A stretch of 16,559 bases of DNA from Candidatus Omnitrophota bacterium (GTDB lineage Bacteria > Omnitrophota > Omnitrophia > Omnitrophales > Aquincolibacteriaceae): NCBI GenBank assembly GCA_043803685.1, contig JAZDJU010000104.1, positions 1 to 16,559 on the forward strand, written 5' to 3'. Positions 8,175 through 15,906 of this stretch are shown here, in pieces. Position 1 is the first letter of the stretch. Each line of letters opens with the position of its first letter. The translations under genes and the position numbers were made by a program. Below the pieces are notes generated by a model. That model did not search any database. It had not been told where the DNA came from and saw only the letters and a program-made list of their open reading frames with translations.

Positions 8175-9242
8175 CTAGACTGACGCCCTGCTCTCTTTCA
8201 TTCTCTCAACCTGCTCTTCAATGGCCGCATCGAGTGCACCAGTTGCCTCGCCGATTAACTCCTCGAGAGGTTCGAATTCTTTTTCCAATTGTGCAAAAAA
8301 GGCAAATAATTTCAGCTTGTCCTTTTTCTTCTCTATCGTTTGCGCTCTTTTTTCCAAACTGCTCAAAAAAGAGGCCCTGTAAAGTGGTTTGTATTCCATA
8401 AGTTGCTTCTTAAAATCTTTTATGGGCTTCTTGCCAACAACATCTTGGAAAAACTGGACTCTCTTCAAAGCTTCATCGGGAGAACACTCCTCAGCGCCAC
8501 CCCGACTCAAGTATTCAAGCTGTTCCACTGAATTACTAATTCGTTCAAGCAGATGTTCTTTAAGCCCAACGGCTAAATCTTTTATCCCTATCTCAATGCC
8601 ATTTTTCAGAAAAACACTTACCTGCGAATATTCTCTTTCTCTTTCATTGAGAAAGTAAAAGTTGTTCTTCTTCAATCCCAGCCTTTTCCTAAATTCCTTT
8701 ATTCTGTCAGCCTCACCGCTACTCATTGAGAGCCCCCCCGAGTTAGTCGATAGGGCTACAAATAAATCGCAGATAATTTCATAAAGAATCAGAGTTGAAT
8801 ACTTAAGAGTTTCTTTCCGCACATAGTCACGATGATAAATTTCGTTTCGATAAAGATGAATCGCATTAAGAACAGCGGCAACCTCTTCGGGTATTATTTT
8901 TTCTTTCGCTGAAAGCTCCCTTATTTTTTCTCCGGAAAGAAAGTTCACTTTTTCGTGAAAATAGCTATTTATTCGTTTCTTTTCGCCAGAGCTAATAACC
9001 TTTTCCTTTAAACTAGAATAAAATCTTCGACTTTGCTCATCCCTAAATTCTACGGGAGAAACTTTGAGCATTCTCTCGTACATATCAGCATGACGCATTG
9101 CCGACTTAATAGTCCTGAACATCATAATTTCAACAGCGTTGTCTAACAAAAGCAAAGCCATTCGCAGGTCGGATTCCGCCCCTCTCAGAATCAGGCTTTT
9201 TGAATGCTCTATCTGTTCAACGATTTGAATAATGCGTTTCAT
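8175..9242 (-). CDS. Hypothetical protein with HEPN-like N-terminal domain
   Basis: 355-aa mostly helical ORF with ALLLLDNAVE and an R-x4-H motif (YRNEIYH). Confidence 0.6.
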   Translation of the reverse strand: MKRIIQIVEQIEHSKSLILRGAESDLRMALLLLDNAVEIMMFRTIKSAMRHADMYERMLKVSPVEFRDEQSRRFYSSLKEKVISSGEKKRINSYFHEKVNFLSGEKIRELSAKEKIIPEEVAAVLNAIHLYRNEIYHRDYVRKETLKYSTLILYEIICDLFVALSTNSGGLSMSSGEADRIKEFRKRLGLKKNNFYFLNEREREYSQVSVFLKNGIEIGIKDLAVGLKEHLLERISNSVEQLEYLSRGGAEECSPDEALKRVQFFQDVVGKKPIKDFKKQLMEYKPLYRASFLSSLEKRAQTIEKKKDKLKLFAFFAQLEKEFEPLEELIGEATGALDAAIEEQVERMKESRASV

Positions 9243-9613
9243 AATTGTCTAGAATAATACACCTCTAAGGGCTAAAAAGGTACTCTGAGTCACAGACTCC
9301 TCTAATCGATAGATTCCCACAGTCGATAGGTCGTAGCTCGAAATAAGCAATTTTGCTAATAAAGACCCCCCTACCCTGTAAAAATGAACGTTCTGACAGT
9401 TGTAATCATCGAGAAAAGACGGAGCATCTGACAGACAATCACTTGCTCTCTTTAAAGAAGGCATGAATGGATCGTTCTAAGCTACTGCGGATACAACGGT
9501 TAGAGCGGTGGTGTTTTCTGCGGATAACTGCGGAAGTACTTGCGGTGTCAGATGGGTGTCAAATTTCTCATTAAGTCGCTGAACAGCGTCCGGTTTCCGG
9601 TTTTACCCGCAAG

Positions 9614-9688
9614 AAAGGTGCCGCGCGGCACCTTTTCAAAAAAGGCTCGAGCCCCCTGAACGCAATTTCCTCCATCTGGAGGAAATTG
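9614..9688. other. Two strong palindromes (possible terminators or protein-binding sites)
   Basis: Perfect 22-bp palindrome aaaggtgccgcgcggcaccttt (9614-9635) and caatttcctcca-tc-tggaggaaattg (9663-9688), downstream of the antitoxin gene. Confidence 0.55.
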
Positions 9689-9779
9689 ATAAACAGCCGC
9701 TGGCGAATATTCTGGGTGGTCCTGGTAGAAGTCAACGAAGCGCGTCCGGTTTACGTTGGGGCCGCGCAGCCGGTTCGTG

Positions 9780-10079
9780 TTACTTCTTCGAAACGGCCTT
9801 GAACTGGATCCCGGCGAGATGAAGAAGCAGCAGGATATTCCCGAACCCTGGATTTCCGTTCCCGGAAAGCATTTTATAGAGACTCACCCGGTTGATCTTG
9901 CTTGTCTTCGACATCCGGGTCATGCCTCCGCGCGCCTCGATCACATTCCGGAGCGCCATCAGGAACGCCTTCTTGTCCCCCGCCTCAAGCGCCGCGTTCA
10001 AATACCCCGATGCCGCTTCAGGATCCTTCAGATATTTCATTAAAAATTCATGATGACTTACCGACGGCGGAACTTTCAT
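9780..10079 (-). CDS. Addiction module antidote protein (HigA-like HTH antitoxin, HI1420-like)
   Basis: YLKDPEAASGYLNAALE...FLMALRNVIEARGGMT...NRVSLYKMLSGNGNP; directly downstream of the toxin. Confidence 0.9.
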   Translation of the reverse strand: MKVPPSVSHHEFLMKYLKDPEAASGYLNAALEAGDKKAFLMALRNVIEARGGMTRMSKTSKINRVSLYKMLSGNGNPGFGNILLLLHLAGIQFKAVSKK

Positions 10080-10089
10080 AGTTTGCTCC

Positions 10090-10413
10090 CTATTTTCTCC
10101 TTAAATAATCCATCCAATATGCACGAGCTCTGCGAATGTCACCCTCTTGCGTCGACTTATCGCCGCCGCATAACAGGATCACGAGCGTACGACCGTCTAG
10201 ACCGAAATAAACACGGTAACCAGGACCAAAATGGAACCGGAGTTCCCAGATCCCTGTATCGACAAGCTTTGTATCCCCAAAATTGCCTGTCAACAACCGG
10301 TCACAACGCGTCAGGATCCTTGATTGGATCCGTCTATCGCTTAGAGCAAGCAGCCATTCCTCGAAAGGCTGCTTCCCTTCCGATGAACAGTAATAACGGA
10401 CCTCGCGGATCAC
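10090..10413 (-). CDS. Addiction module killer protein (RelE/ParE/HigB-type toxin, HI1419-like)
   Basis: PFEEWL, GNFGDTK, GIWELRFHFGPGYRVYF, LLCGGDKSTQ. Start inferred at GTG 10413 behind GGGGA. Confidence 0.9.
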   Translation of the reverse strand: MIREVRYYCSSEGKQPFEEWLLALSDRRIQSRILTRCDRLLTGNFGDTKLVDTGIWELRFHFGPGYRVYFGLDGRTLVILLCGGDKSTQEGDIRRARAYWMDYLRRK

Positions 10414-10454
10414 CGGAAGATCCCCGCGTACGGTCGACCGGACCTTCGTTGAAG

Positions 10455-10495
10455 AAAATAGCGCATCATCCCTCACCTGTCAACTATAGTTTACA
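10455..10495 (-). promoter_or_regulatory. Toxin-antitoxin promoter with overlapping palindromic operator
   Basis: Minus strand TTGACA - 17 nt - TATTTT. The near-perfect palindrome tgtcaactatagtttaca (10478-10495) overlaps the -35. Confidence 0.6.
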
Positions 10496-10702
10496 CTGAT
10501 GTTATTATATATTATGAATATAATAATTTATTATTAAGCAATGTCAAGAAAAGACCCTCTTACGCAGAAATAGCTGGCATGGAAAGGTACGCGGAGATGC
10601 TGGGCGGTGAACTGCAACCATGATAACGATAACGGGACGCCGGGAATGACTCGAGGATTGATTTTTGGCGGCGAGGTCGCATAATACGCGTGAGGATCAC
10701 CC

Positions 10703-11554
10703 ATGAAACCTGTAAAGAAGAGCGCCCTTTTCGTCCTGATCACTGTGCTAGTGCTGCTGGGAGCCGCGCTCTGGCTCCTCCCCCGTCTTCCCGGGTTGGA
10801 GCGAGATCTTCTGGAACGGCTGGCGAACCAGGCCACGCGCGAATTTTTCTCCGATTCCGTGCGGATCGAAAAAGTATCCCTCGATCGTCATCTCAAGATC
10901 CATTTCGAGAAGATCACGGGGAAAATGAAAACGCGCCAGAACCCGGTCCCGCTGGAAATAGGATCGCTAAGGTCCGAGGACTCTCTCATTTCTCTCATCA
11001 CCCAAAAACCCGTCCGTTTCACCTTCACAGGAATGCGTCCCCAAGGATCGCCGCGCCCGGGAGTCTCGGGAACTTTTCTGGTGCAGACCGGGACTGTCTG
11101 GCGATTTGAATGTTCCGCCGACTTTGGAAAGACCGACCTGGAGGACTGGCAGTGGCTGGACCCCGGCAATCTTTCCGGAGCCTCGGGCGCCATGAAAGGC
11201 AATCTCGTATTTCGCCAGACCTTCGGGAAGGAACCCGAATTCGAAATAGACCTTGAGGCCCCCCAACCCGGCGGCAACATCCAGGCCAAGTTCTTTGACC
11301 TTTTCCTGCCTTATCTTCCGACCGCTGTCCAAAAGGAAAAGGTCGAAAAAGTTGTCGCGGGCCCACGCTCGGTCCGGTATGACCGGGCTTCTTTAAAGGT
11401 CAGTCTGCCCCAAAGCGACAAGATGAAAATCCTACTCGAGATCTATATTCCGGCTTATAATCTCATACTGAAACTGAACGCGAATCTGAGGACCGACCAA
11501 AAAGGCGGGTTCTCGCAGATCGCACAGATCATGGGACTTATAGAGGTGAAATAA
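10703..11554 (+). CDS. Membrane-anchored beta-rich hypothetical protein, possibly a short YdbH/AsmA-like protein
   Basis: N-terminal hydrophobic helix, alternating beta-strand patterns, and first position in an operon with YnbE-like and YdbL-like genes. The family call rests on context. Confidence 0.6.
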   Translation: MKPVKKSALFVLITVLVLLGAALWLLPRLPGLERDLLERLANQATREFFSDSVRIEKVSLDRHLKIHFEKITGKMKTRQNPVPLEIGSLRSEDSLISLITQKPVRFTFTGMRPQGSPRPGVSGTFLVQTGTVWRFECSADFGKTDLEDWQWLDPGNLSGASGAMKGNLVFRQTFGKEPEFEIDLEAPQPGGNIQAKFFDLFLPYLPTAVQKEKVEKVVAGPRSVRYDRASLKVSLPQSDKMKILLEIYIPAYNLILKLNANLRTDQKGGFSQIAQIMGLIEVK

Positions 11555-11555
11555 G

Positions 11556-11744
11556 ATGAAACTTCTCTCAAGAATGCTCGTACTGCTCCTTCCGGTAATA
11601 GCGATCACCGGTTGCACGGTCAAGGCCGTGGGAGATCCCAACCGTCCCATCACGATCAACGCGAACGTCGTCGTGGACATCCGGGGTCTTAAACAAACCG
11701 CCACGAATATTGAAGATATGGTCGCCCAGGGAGCCACAAAATGA
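11556..11744 (+). CDS. YnbE-like small lipoprotein
   Basis: Lipobox ITGC followed by PITINANVVVDIR; lies upstream of the DUF1318 gene. Confidence 0.7.
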   Translation: MKLLSRMLVLLLPVIAITGCTVKAVGDPNRPITINANVVVDIRGLKQTATNIEDMVAQGATK

Positions 11745-11782
11745 ACCATTCTGTCATGACTTCTATTAAGGAGGGACTCGTT

Positions 11783-12196
11783 ATGAAGCGAATCTACGTT
11801 TTAGGGCTGGCCGTGAGCCTGCTCGTACTGACCTCTGCTTCTTCTTGCTTTGCGACGGACTATGATTACAAAACCCTGACGCCGGAGATCAAGAAAGCCC
11901 TCGCGAACCGGCAATCACGCTATCAGCAACTCCGGCAACTCAAACAGGAAGGCGAGATCGGAGAGAACAATAAGGGCTATGTGGCCAGCCTTAAAGACAA
12001 CGCTTCCGCCACGACATTGACCGACGCCGAGAACCGGGACCGCCGGGTGCTCTACGAAGCTCTTGCGGAACAGAACAAACTTGGAGGCTCGGGACTCCTG
12101 GAAGTACAAAAGGCCTTCGCCGAAGTTCAGAGCGACAAAGCCACAGCGGGAGAGATGGTCCAATCTTCGTCGGGTAGTTGGGAAAAGAAATCCTAG
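11783..12196 (+). CDS. YdbL family (DUF1318) exported protein
   Basis: Signal peptide, KQEGEIGENNKGYV, ENRDRRVLY, C-terminal GSWEKK. Start at MKRIY behind AGGAGG. Confidence 0.85.
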   Translation: MKRIYVLGLAVSLLVLTSASSCFATDYDYKTLTPEIKKALANRQSRYQQLRQLKQEGEIGENNKGYVASLKDNASATTLTDAENRDRRVLYEALAEQNKLGGSGLLEVQKAFAEVQSDKATAGEMVQSSSGSWEKKS

Positions 12197-12267
12197 CAGA
12201 CTCTAGCTCATAGCTTATAGCCCAAAGCTTTTAAAGCTAGAGTCTATGAGCTAAAGGCAAAAGCTTT
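12197..12267. repeat. Degenerate heptamer repeats in opposed arms between convergent genes
   Basis: cagactc tagctca tagctta tagccca aagcttt ... aaagcta gagtcta tgagcta aaggcaa aagcttt. Confidence 0.65.
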
Positions 12268-12281
12268 TTGAAGGCTAATCC

Positions 12282-13136
12282 TCATCTCCCCATTCTATGC
12301 ATCTCGCGGACGCCCCGGGTCATCGTTTGATATTCCACCGCATCCGTGATGAGAGACTTTCCGCCAAGCGTCAGCTTCTGGAATTCCTTTTCGATGGCTT
12401 TGATGCGTTCTTCGGTGATCGGGCGGGATTGATAATAATCATAAAAATAGGGCGTCATCTTGTCTTCGGCATGAAGAAAGCGCTTTTGCACGTCCATCAA
12501 GGCCTGCGGATCATATCCGGCATTCAGGAGATATTTCATCGCCCAGGCGTCACTTAACAAAAGTCTTTCTGCGGGCGTTTTGAAAGAACTCTCGTTATAA
12601 GCCTGCAAAAGCACCAGACCCAGACTCGCCAGCGACCCAAGAGGACCAAACATCGGCCCGACCGCTGAACCGACTTGCACCGCAGTACTGAGCACATCGT
12701 CCCGTTTCGTAAAACGCCGGTCCACGGTCTGCTGCTCCCCGATCTCATGCGCGAGCACCGCCGCGAGTTCCGCTTCATTCTCAAGAAAATTCAGCATCCC
12801 GGTCGTAATATAGACATACCCCCCCGGCGCCGAGGTCGCGTAGATCTTTTCGCTGTAGAGGATCGTGAAACGGTATTGGAGATCATGGCGCTGGGCCTGA
12901 GCGGCAAGAGATTGCCCCAGATCATTAACATATTTCACGACTTTGGGATCGGTGTAGGGATAGAAGGACGCGAGAATCTCGCTGTGGATCGCATCCCCCG
13001 TCCTTTGCTCTTCGGTCAGATGCGAATTTCCGGAGAGCGCCGTGGGACGATCAAATTCCGCTTTCGTCGCGCAGCCGCTCGCCAGAAAAAAACACAACAG
13101 TACAGGAAGGGTCTTCTGCATGAGAGATTTTCTCAT
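12282..13136 (-). CDS. Peptidase M48 family lipoprotein with degenerate active site
   Basis: Lipobox LASGC; APGGYVYITTGML, EAELAAVLAHEIG, AGYDPQA, RP...ERI. HExxH appears as HEIGE. Confidence 0.8.
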   Translation of the reverse strand: MRKSLMQKTLPVLLCFFLASGCATKAEFDRPTALSGNSHLTEEQRTGDAIHSEILASFYPYTDPKVVKYVNDLGQSLAAQAQRHDLQYRFTILYSEKIYATSAPGGYVYITTGMLNFLENEAELAAVLAHEIGEQQTVDRRFTKRDDVLSTAVQVGSAVGPMFGPLGSLASLGLVLLQAYNESSFKTPAERLLLSDAWAMKYLLNAGYDPQALMDVQKRFLHAEDKMTPYFYDYYQSRPITEERIKAIEKEFQKLTLGGKSLITDAVEYQTMTRGVREMHRMGR

Positions 13137-13154
13137 AATGATTCACGATAAAAA

Positions 13155-13244
13155 ACGCCAGGCATGACTTGAACACGCAACCCTCAGCTCCTTCGCCAAA
13201 GGCGAATCGGTCCATCGACGGATTCGCCTCATGAGGAGAAGGCT
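13155..13244 (-). pseudogene. tRNA-Arg-like 3' half with a hairpin insertion at the anticodon loop
   Basis: Minus strand AGCCTTC[46-nt insert]GGAGCTGAGGGTTGC matches tRNA-Arg, then a pairable T arm GCGTG-TTCAAGT-CATGC. Confidence 0.6.
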
Positions 13245-13252
13245 TTAAAAAT

Positions 13253-13358
13253 TGCGCCCGGCAGGAGTCGCCGCCTTCCACTTCGTTTCAGGTCGGGCAC
13301 CCGCCCTAAAAACATGACATACGTCATGTTTTAATTCAGGGCTCCCTTCGACCCCGGC
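13253..13358 (-). repeat. tRNA-linked structured element, tRNA-Arg copy
   Basis: Ends in a 16/18 match to the tRNA-Arg 3' end. Hairpin AAAACATGAC-GTAT-GTCATGTTTT. Shares GAAGGGAGC and GCGGGTG.CCGACC with the Leu copy. Confidence 0.85.
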
Positions 13359-13371
13359 GCAAAAAAAATAG

Positions 13372-13445
13372 TGCGCCCAGCAGGGGTCGAACCTGCAACC
13401 CTCAGCTCCGAAGGCTGATGCTCTATCCAGTTGAGCTATGGGCGC
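13372..13445 (-). tRNA. tRNA-Arg (TCG)
   Basis: GCGCCCA/TGGGCGC-A acceptor, anticodon arm TCAGC-CTTCGGA-GCTGA, T arm GCAGG-TTCGACC-CCTGC. No encoded CCA. Confidence 0.96.
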
Positions 13446-13550
13446 AAAAGCATTTTCATTATTTCAACGACGGCCAGCTGAGATCTATTTAAAAAGCATG
13501 CCCTACACTTTCCGGCTTCGCCTTCAAGTGCGGCTCACTTCGTTCGCTCG

Positions 13551-13624
13551 TCCAGTTGTCCGTCTTGCCTCAGGGCAAGGACGGATCCGTCCCCGCCCAA
13601 AGCGGGGCGGAAGCTACGGGCGCA
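13551..13624 (-). repeat. Duplicated 5' end of tRNA-Arg interrupted by two TCCG...CGGA hairpins
   Basis: Minus strand GCGCCCGTAGCT[53-nt insert, 13559-13611]CAACTGGA versus tRNA GCGCCCATAGCTCAACTGGA. Confidence 0.8.
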
Positions 13625-13694
13625 TAAGATCAAAAAAACGAGAAAGGAGCATATCAGAATTTGCCAACCCAGAATGCTTCGTGAACGCAAACGG

Positions 13695-14741
13695 TCACTT
13701 TTTCAACTTTCCGGTCATGGCATCCACCTCGCCCTGAGGTGAAAAAATGCGCGCGGTCAACTGCACAGGGGGAGTCCCCTTTTCCATCACGGCCAGCGCA
13801 CTCTGGACGAACAACCAGACGTTTTGAAAAACGCTTTCGGGCCCCATCGAACGCAAGCGATCATTCAACGTAAAGATCGCGATATTCGTGATCTTGCCCG
13901 AACCCTCGAACGTCACATACCATTCAGGATCGGACTCGCGAAGAAAAAATTCGTCAAATTGTCCCTCGTCAGGAAAACATTTTTCCGCAATGCTGGGCCC
14001 CGCCACGCCTCCGCCCGCGTTCCTGTTTAAAAACTCTTCACAAGCTCCCTGGTTTTTCATCGGCCAGAGATATTTGATCTTATCAGCTCCCGGCCAGGCA
14101 AATTCCTGCACAAAATAGAAAGGCCCCTCACGGAAAAGGGCCTCCTCCTTTTGGGAGGAAGCGCCTCCCGAAAGCAGCTGCTTGCCTTGCCGAACAAGGG
14201 TTCTGAGTGAAGAATTTCGCCACCACTTTTTTATCGTGCGATTCGGAATAAAACAATACCCCCCCGCGGTCGCCAAAAACAATAAGATCAAAATCCCCGC
14301 AACCACCCGGTGTTTTGTGAAATAGGTCCAGATATCTCTCAGAGGCAAAACAAGCAGCAAGCAAGCCGCAGTAAGCACGAGAAAACCGACCGGTCCGGAA
14401 ATGAAGAACGCCCCGATCACCACGGCCAGAAAAGCGATCAGTCCGAAAACATGCGCCGGCCGGACCTGAGGAACGCGGCCACCACTTTCCTGGATCTTTT
14501 TTCTTCCGAGTTCCACCCGGATAAGGGCCTGGATGATCGAAGAGGGTGGTTTTTCTTTTAGTGGTTCGTGCCGGAAGGCATATTTATCATGGGGATGAAC
14601 ATCTTCCTCAGCATGGACCTTGGGCTCGGGGCGTGTCCGGCCGGACCGATCGAGGGCTGTATCGCACATGACACAAAATTCGCGAAAATAAAAATTGGGT
14701 GCATTACATTTCGGACAAGCCTTCCGAAAAGTATCCTTCAC
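13695..14741 (-). CDS. Hypothetical membrane protein with N-terminal zinc ribbon
   Basis: CPKC-x10-CVMC, about three hydrophobic helices, soluble C-terminal domain. Confidence 0.7.
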   Translation of the reverse strand: MKDTFRKACPKCNAPNFYFREFCVMCDTALDRSGRTRPEPKVHAEEDVHPHDKYAFRHEPLKEKPPSSIIQALIRVELGRKKIQESGGRVPQVRPAHVFGLIAFLAVVIGAFFISGPVGFLVLTAACLLLVLPLRDIWTYFTKHRVVAGILILLFLATAGGYCFIPNRTIKKWWRNSSLRTLVRQGKQLLSGGASSQKEEALFREGPFYFVQEFAWPGADKIKYLWPMKNQGACEEFLNRNAGGGVAGPSIAEKCFPDEGQFDEFFLRESDPEWYVTFEGSGKITNIAIFTLNDRLRSMGPESVFQNVWLFVQSALAVMEKGTPPVQLTARIFSPQGEVDAMTGKLKK

Positions 14742-14791
14742 AGCGCACTTTTCCCTGAAATAGATCCCGATCTCTTGGTCATGGTCTTATA

Positions 14792-15751
14792 TTAACGGCG
14801 ACATAGCACCAAAGCTAAGGCCCCGAGATCTCCCACCGCCCCCCGCAATCGGGACCGAACGATCCGGGTCGTCGAATAGGCCTCGGGCCACGCGTGCCCT
14901 TTCGCGCTCCGGACCATGCTCTGCCAAAAAATTTTATGTGCGGAATTCAAAACGCCACCGCCAATGACGACCTTGGCGGGGTTCAGAATGTTCAGGAGGT
15001 TCGCGATCCCGAGCCCAAGGTAGTAACCCGCTTTCTGATAACTTGCGATCGCAAGCTTGTCTCCTTCGCGCGCGGCCATGCCGACCTGCCGGGCGCTCAC
15101 TGTGCGGCTCTTATCCATAAATTTCCAGAGGCAGGTATTCCCCCGCGTCATCCGTTCGCGCATATCGTTTGCGATCGCGGTCCCGGAAGCGTACGCTTCA
15201 AGACAGCCTTTTTTGCCGCAATTGCATTTACGCCCTTCGGGAACAATGCTCATGTGACCGATCTCGCCGGCCACAAAACCGGAACCCGCGTAAGGCTTTC
15301 CGTGAATCACGATCCCGCCGCCGATCCCCGTGCTGACCGTGATATAAACAAAATTCGCGATCCCTTTCCCCGCGCCAAAAACAAGTTCTGCCAACGCTGC
15401 GGCATTCGCGTCATTAGCCAGGAATACGGGAAGCCCGGTCGCTTTCCCGAGAATATGCTTCAATGGAAGACCCGCCCATCCAGGAAGATTCGGTGAACGT
15501 GGAAGAACACCCTTCCTGTCGTTTACGGCGCCAGGGCACCCTACACCGATTCCCAGAATCTTCCGCGCAGGCATGCGAGCGTCTTGAATGAGAGACTTGA
15601 GATTGGCGGTAAGCTCTTGCAGGCAAGCTTTCGTCTTCGCGCGGGTCCCTGTCGCGATCTCGCGCCGCGCGAGGATCTTCCCTTTTTCAGTTCCGAGCAC
15701 CAGGGAGATCTTGGTGCCACCGATATCGATCCCGATCGCGTATTTCTTCAT
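14792..15751 (-). CDS. ROK family sugar kinase (glucokinase-like)
   Basis: GIDIGGTK, NDANAAALAE, STGIGGG, AGEIGH, CNCGKKGCLE; no N-terminal HTH. Confidence 0.93.
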   Translation of the reverse strand: MKKYAIGIDIGGTKISLVLGTEKGKILARREIATGTRAKTKACLQELTANLKSLIQDARMPARKILGIGVGCPGAVNDRKGVLPRSPNLPGWAGLPLKHILGKATGLPVFLANDANAAALAELVFGAGKGIANFVYITVSTGIGGGIVIHGKPYAGSGFVAGEIGHMSIVPEGRKCNCGKKGCLEAYASGTAIANDMRERMTRGNTCLWKFMDKSRTVSARQVGMAAREGDKLAIASYQKAGYYLGLGIANLLNILNPAKVVIGGGVLNSAHKIFWQSMVRSAKGHAWPEAYSTTRIVRSRLRGAVGDLGALALVLCRR

Positions 15752-15778
15752 GGCGGTAATCTATCAGCTCATAGAAGC

Positions 15779-15806
15779 TTGTGCAATTGAGATAAACTGT
15801 TATAAT
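15779..15806 (+). promoter_or_regulatory. Promoter of tRNA-Phe
   Basis: TTGTGC - 16 nt - TATAAT with extended -10 TG and GC-rich discriminator GACGCCC. Confidence 0.7.
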
Positions 15807-15833
15807 GACGCCCTTCTTGGAATCCTTCTTCGT

Positions 15834-15906
15834 GGGCAGGTAGCTCAGTCGGTAGAGCAAGGGACTGAAAATCCCTGTGTCGGGGGTTCAATTCCCTCCC
15901 TGCCCA
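15834..15906 (+). tRNA. tRNA-Phe (GAA)
   Basis: GGGCAGG/CCTGCCC-A acceptor, anticodon arm AGGGA-CTGAAAA-TCCCT, T arm GGGGG-TTCAATT-CCCTC. No encoded CCA. Confidence 0.96.

Noticed and set aside
9249..9464. 71-aa minus-strand ORF upstream of the HEPN-like gene
   Set aside because: No motif or clear ribosome-binding site; likely an upstream regulatory region or a decayed fragment.
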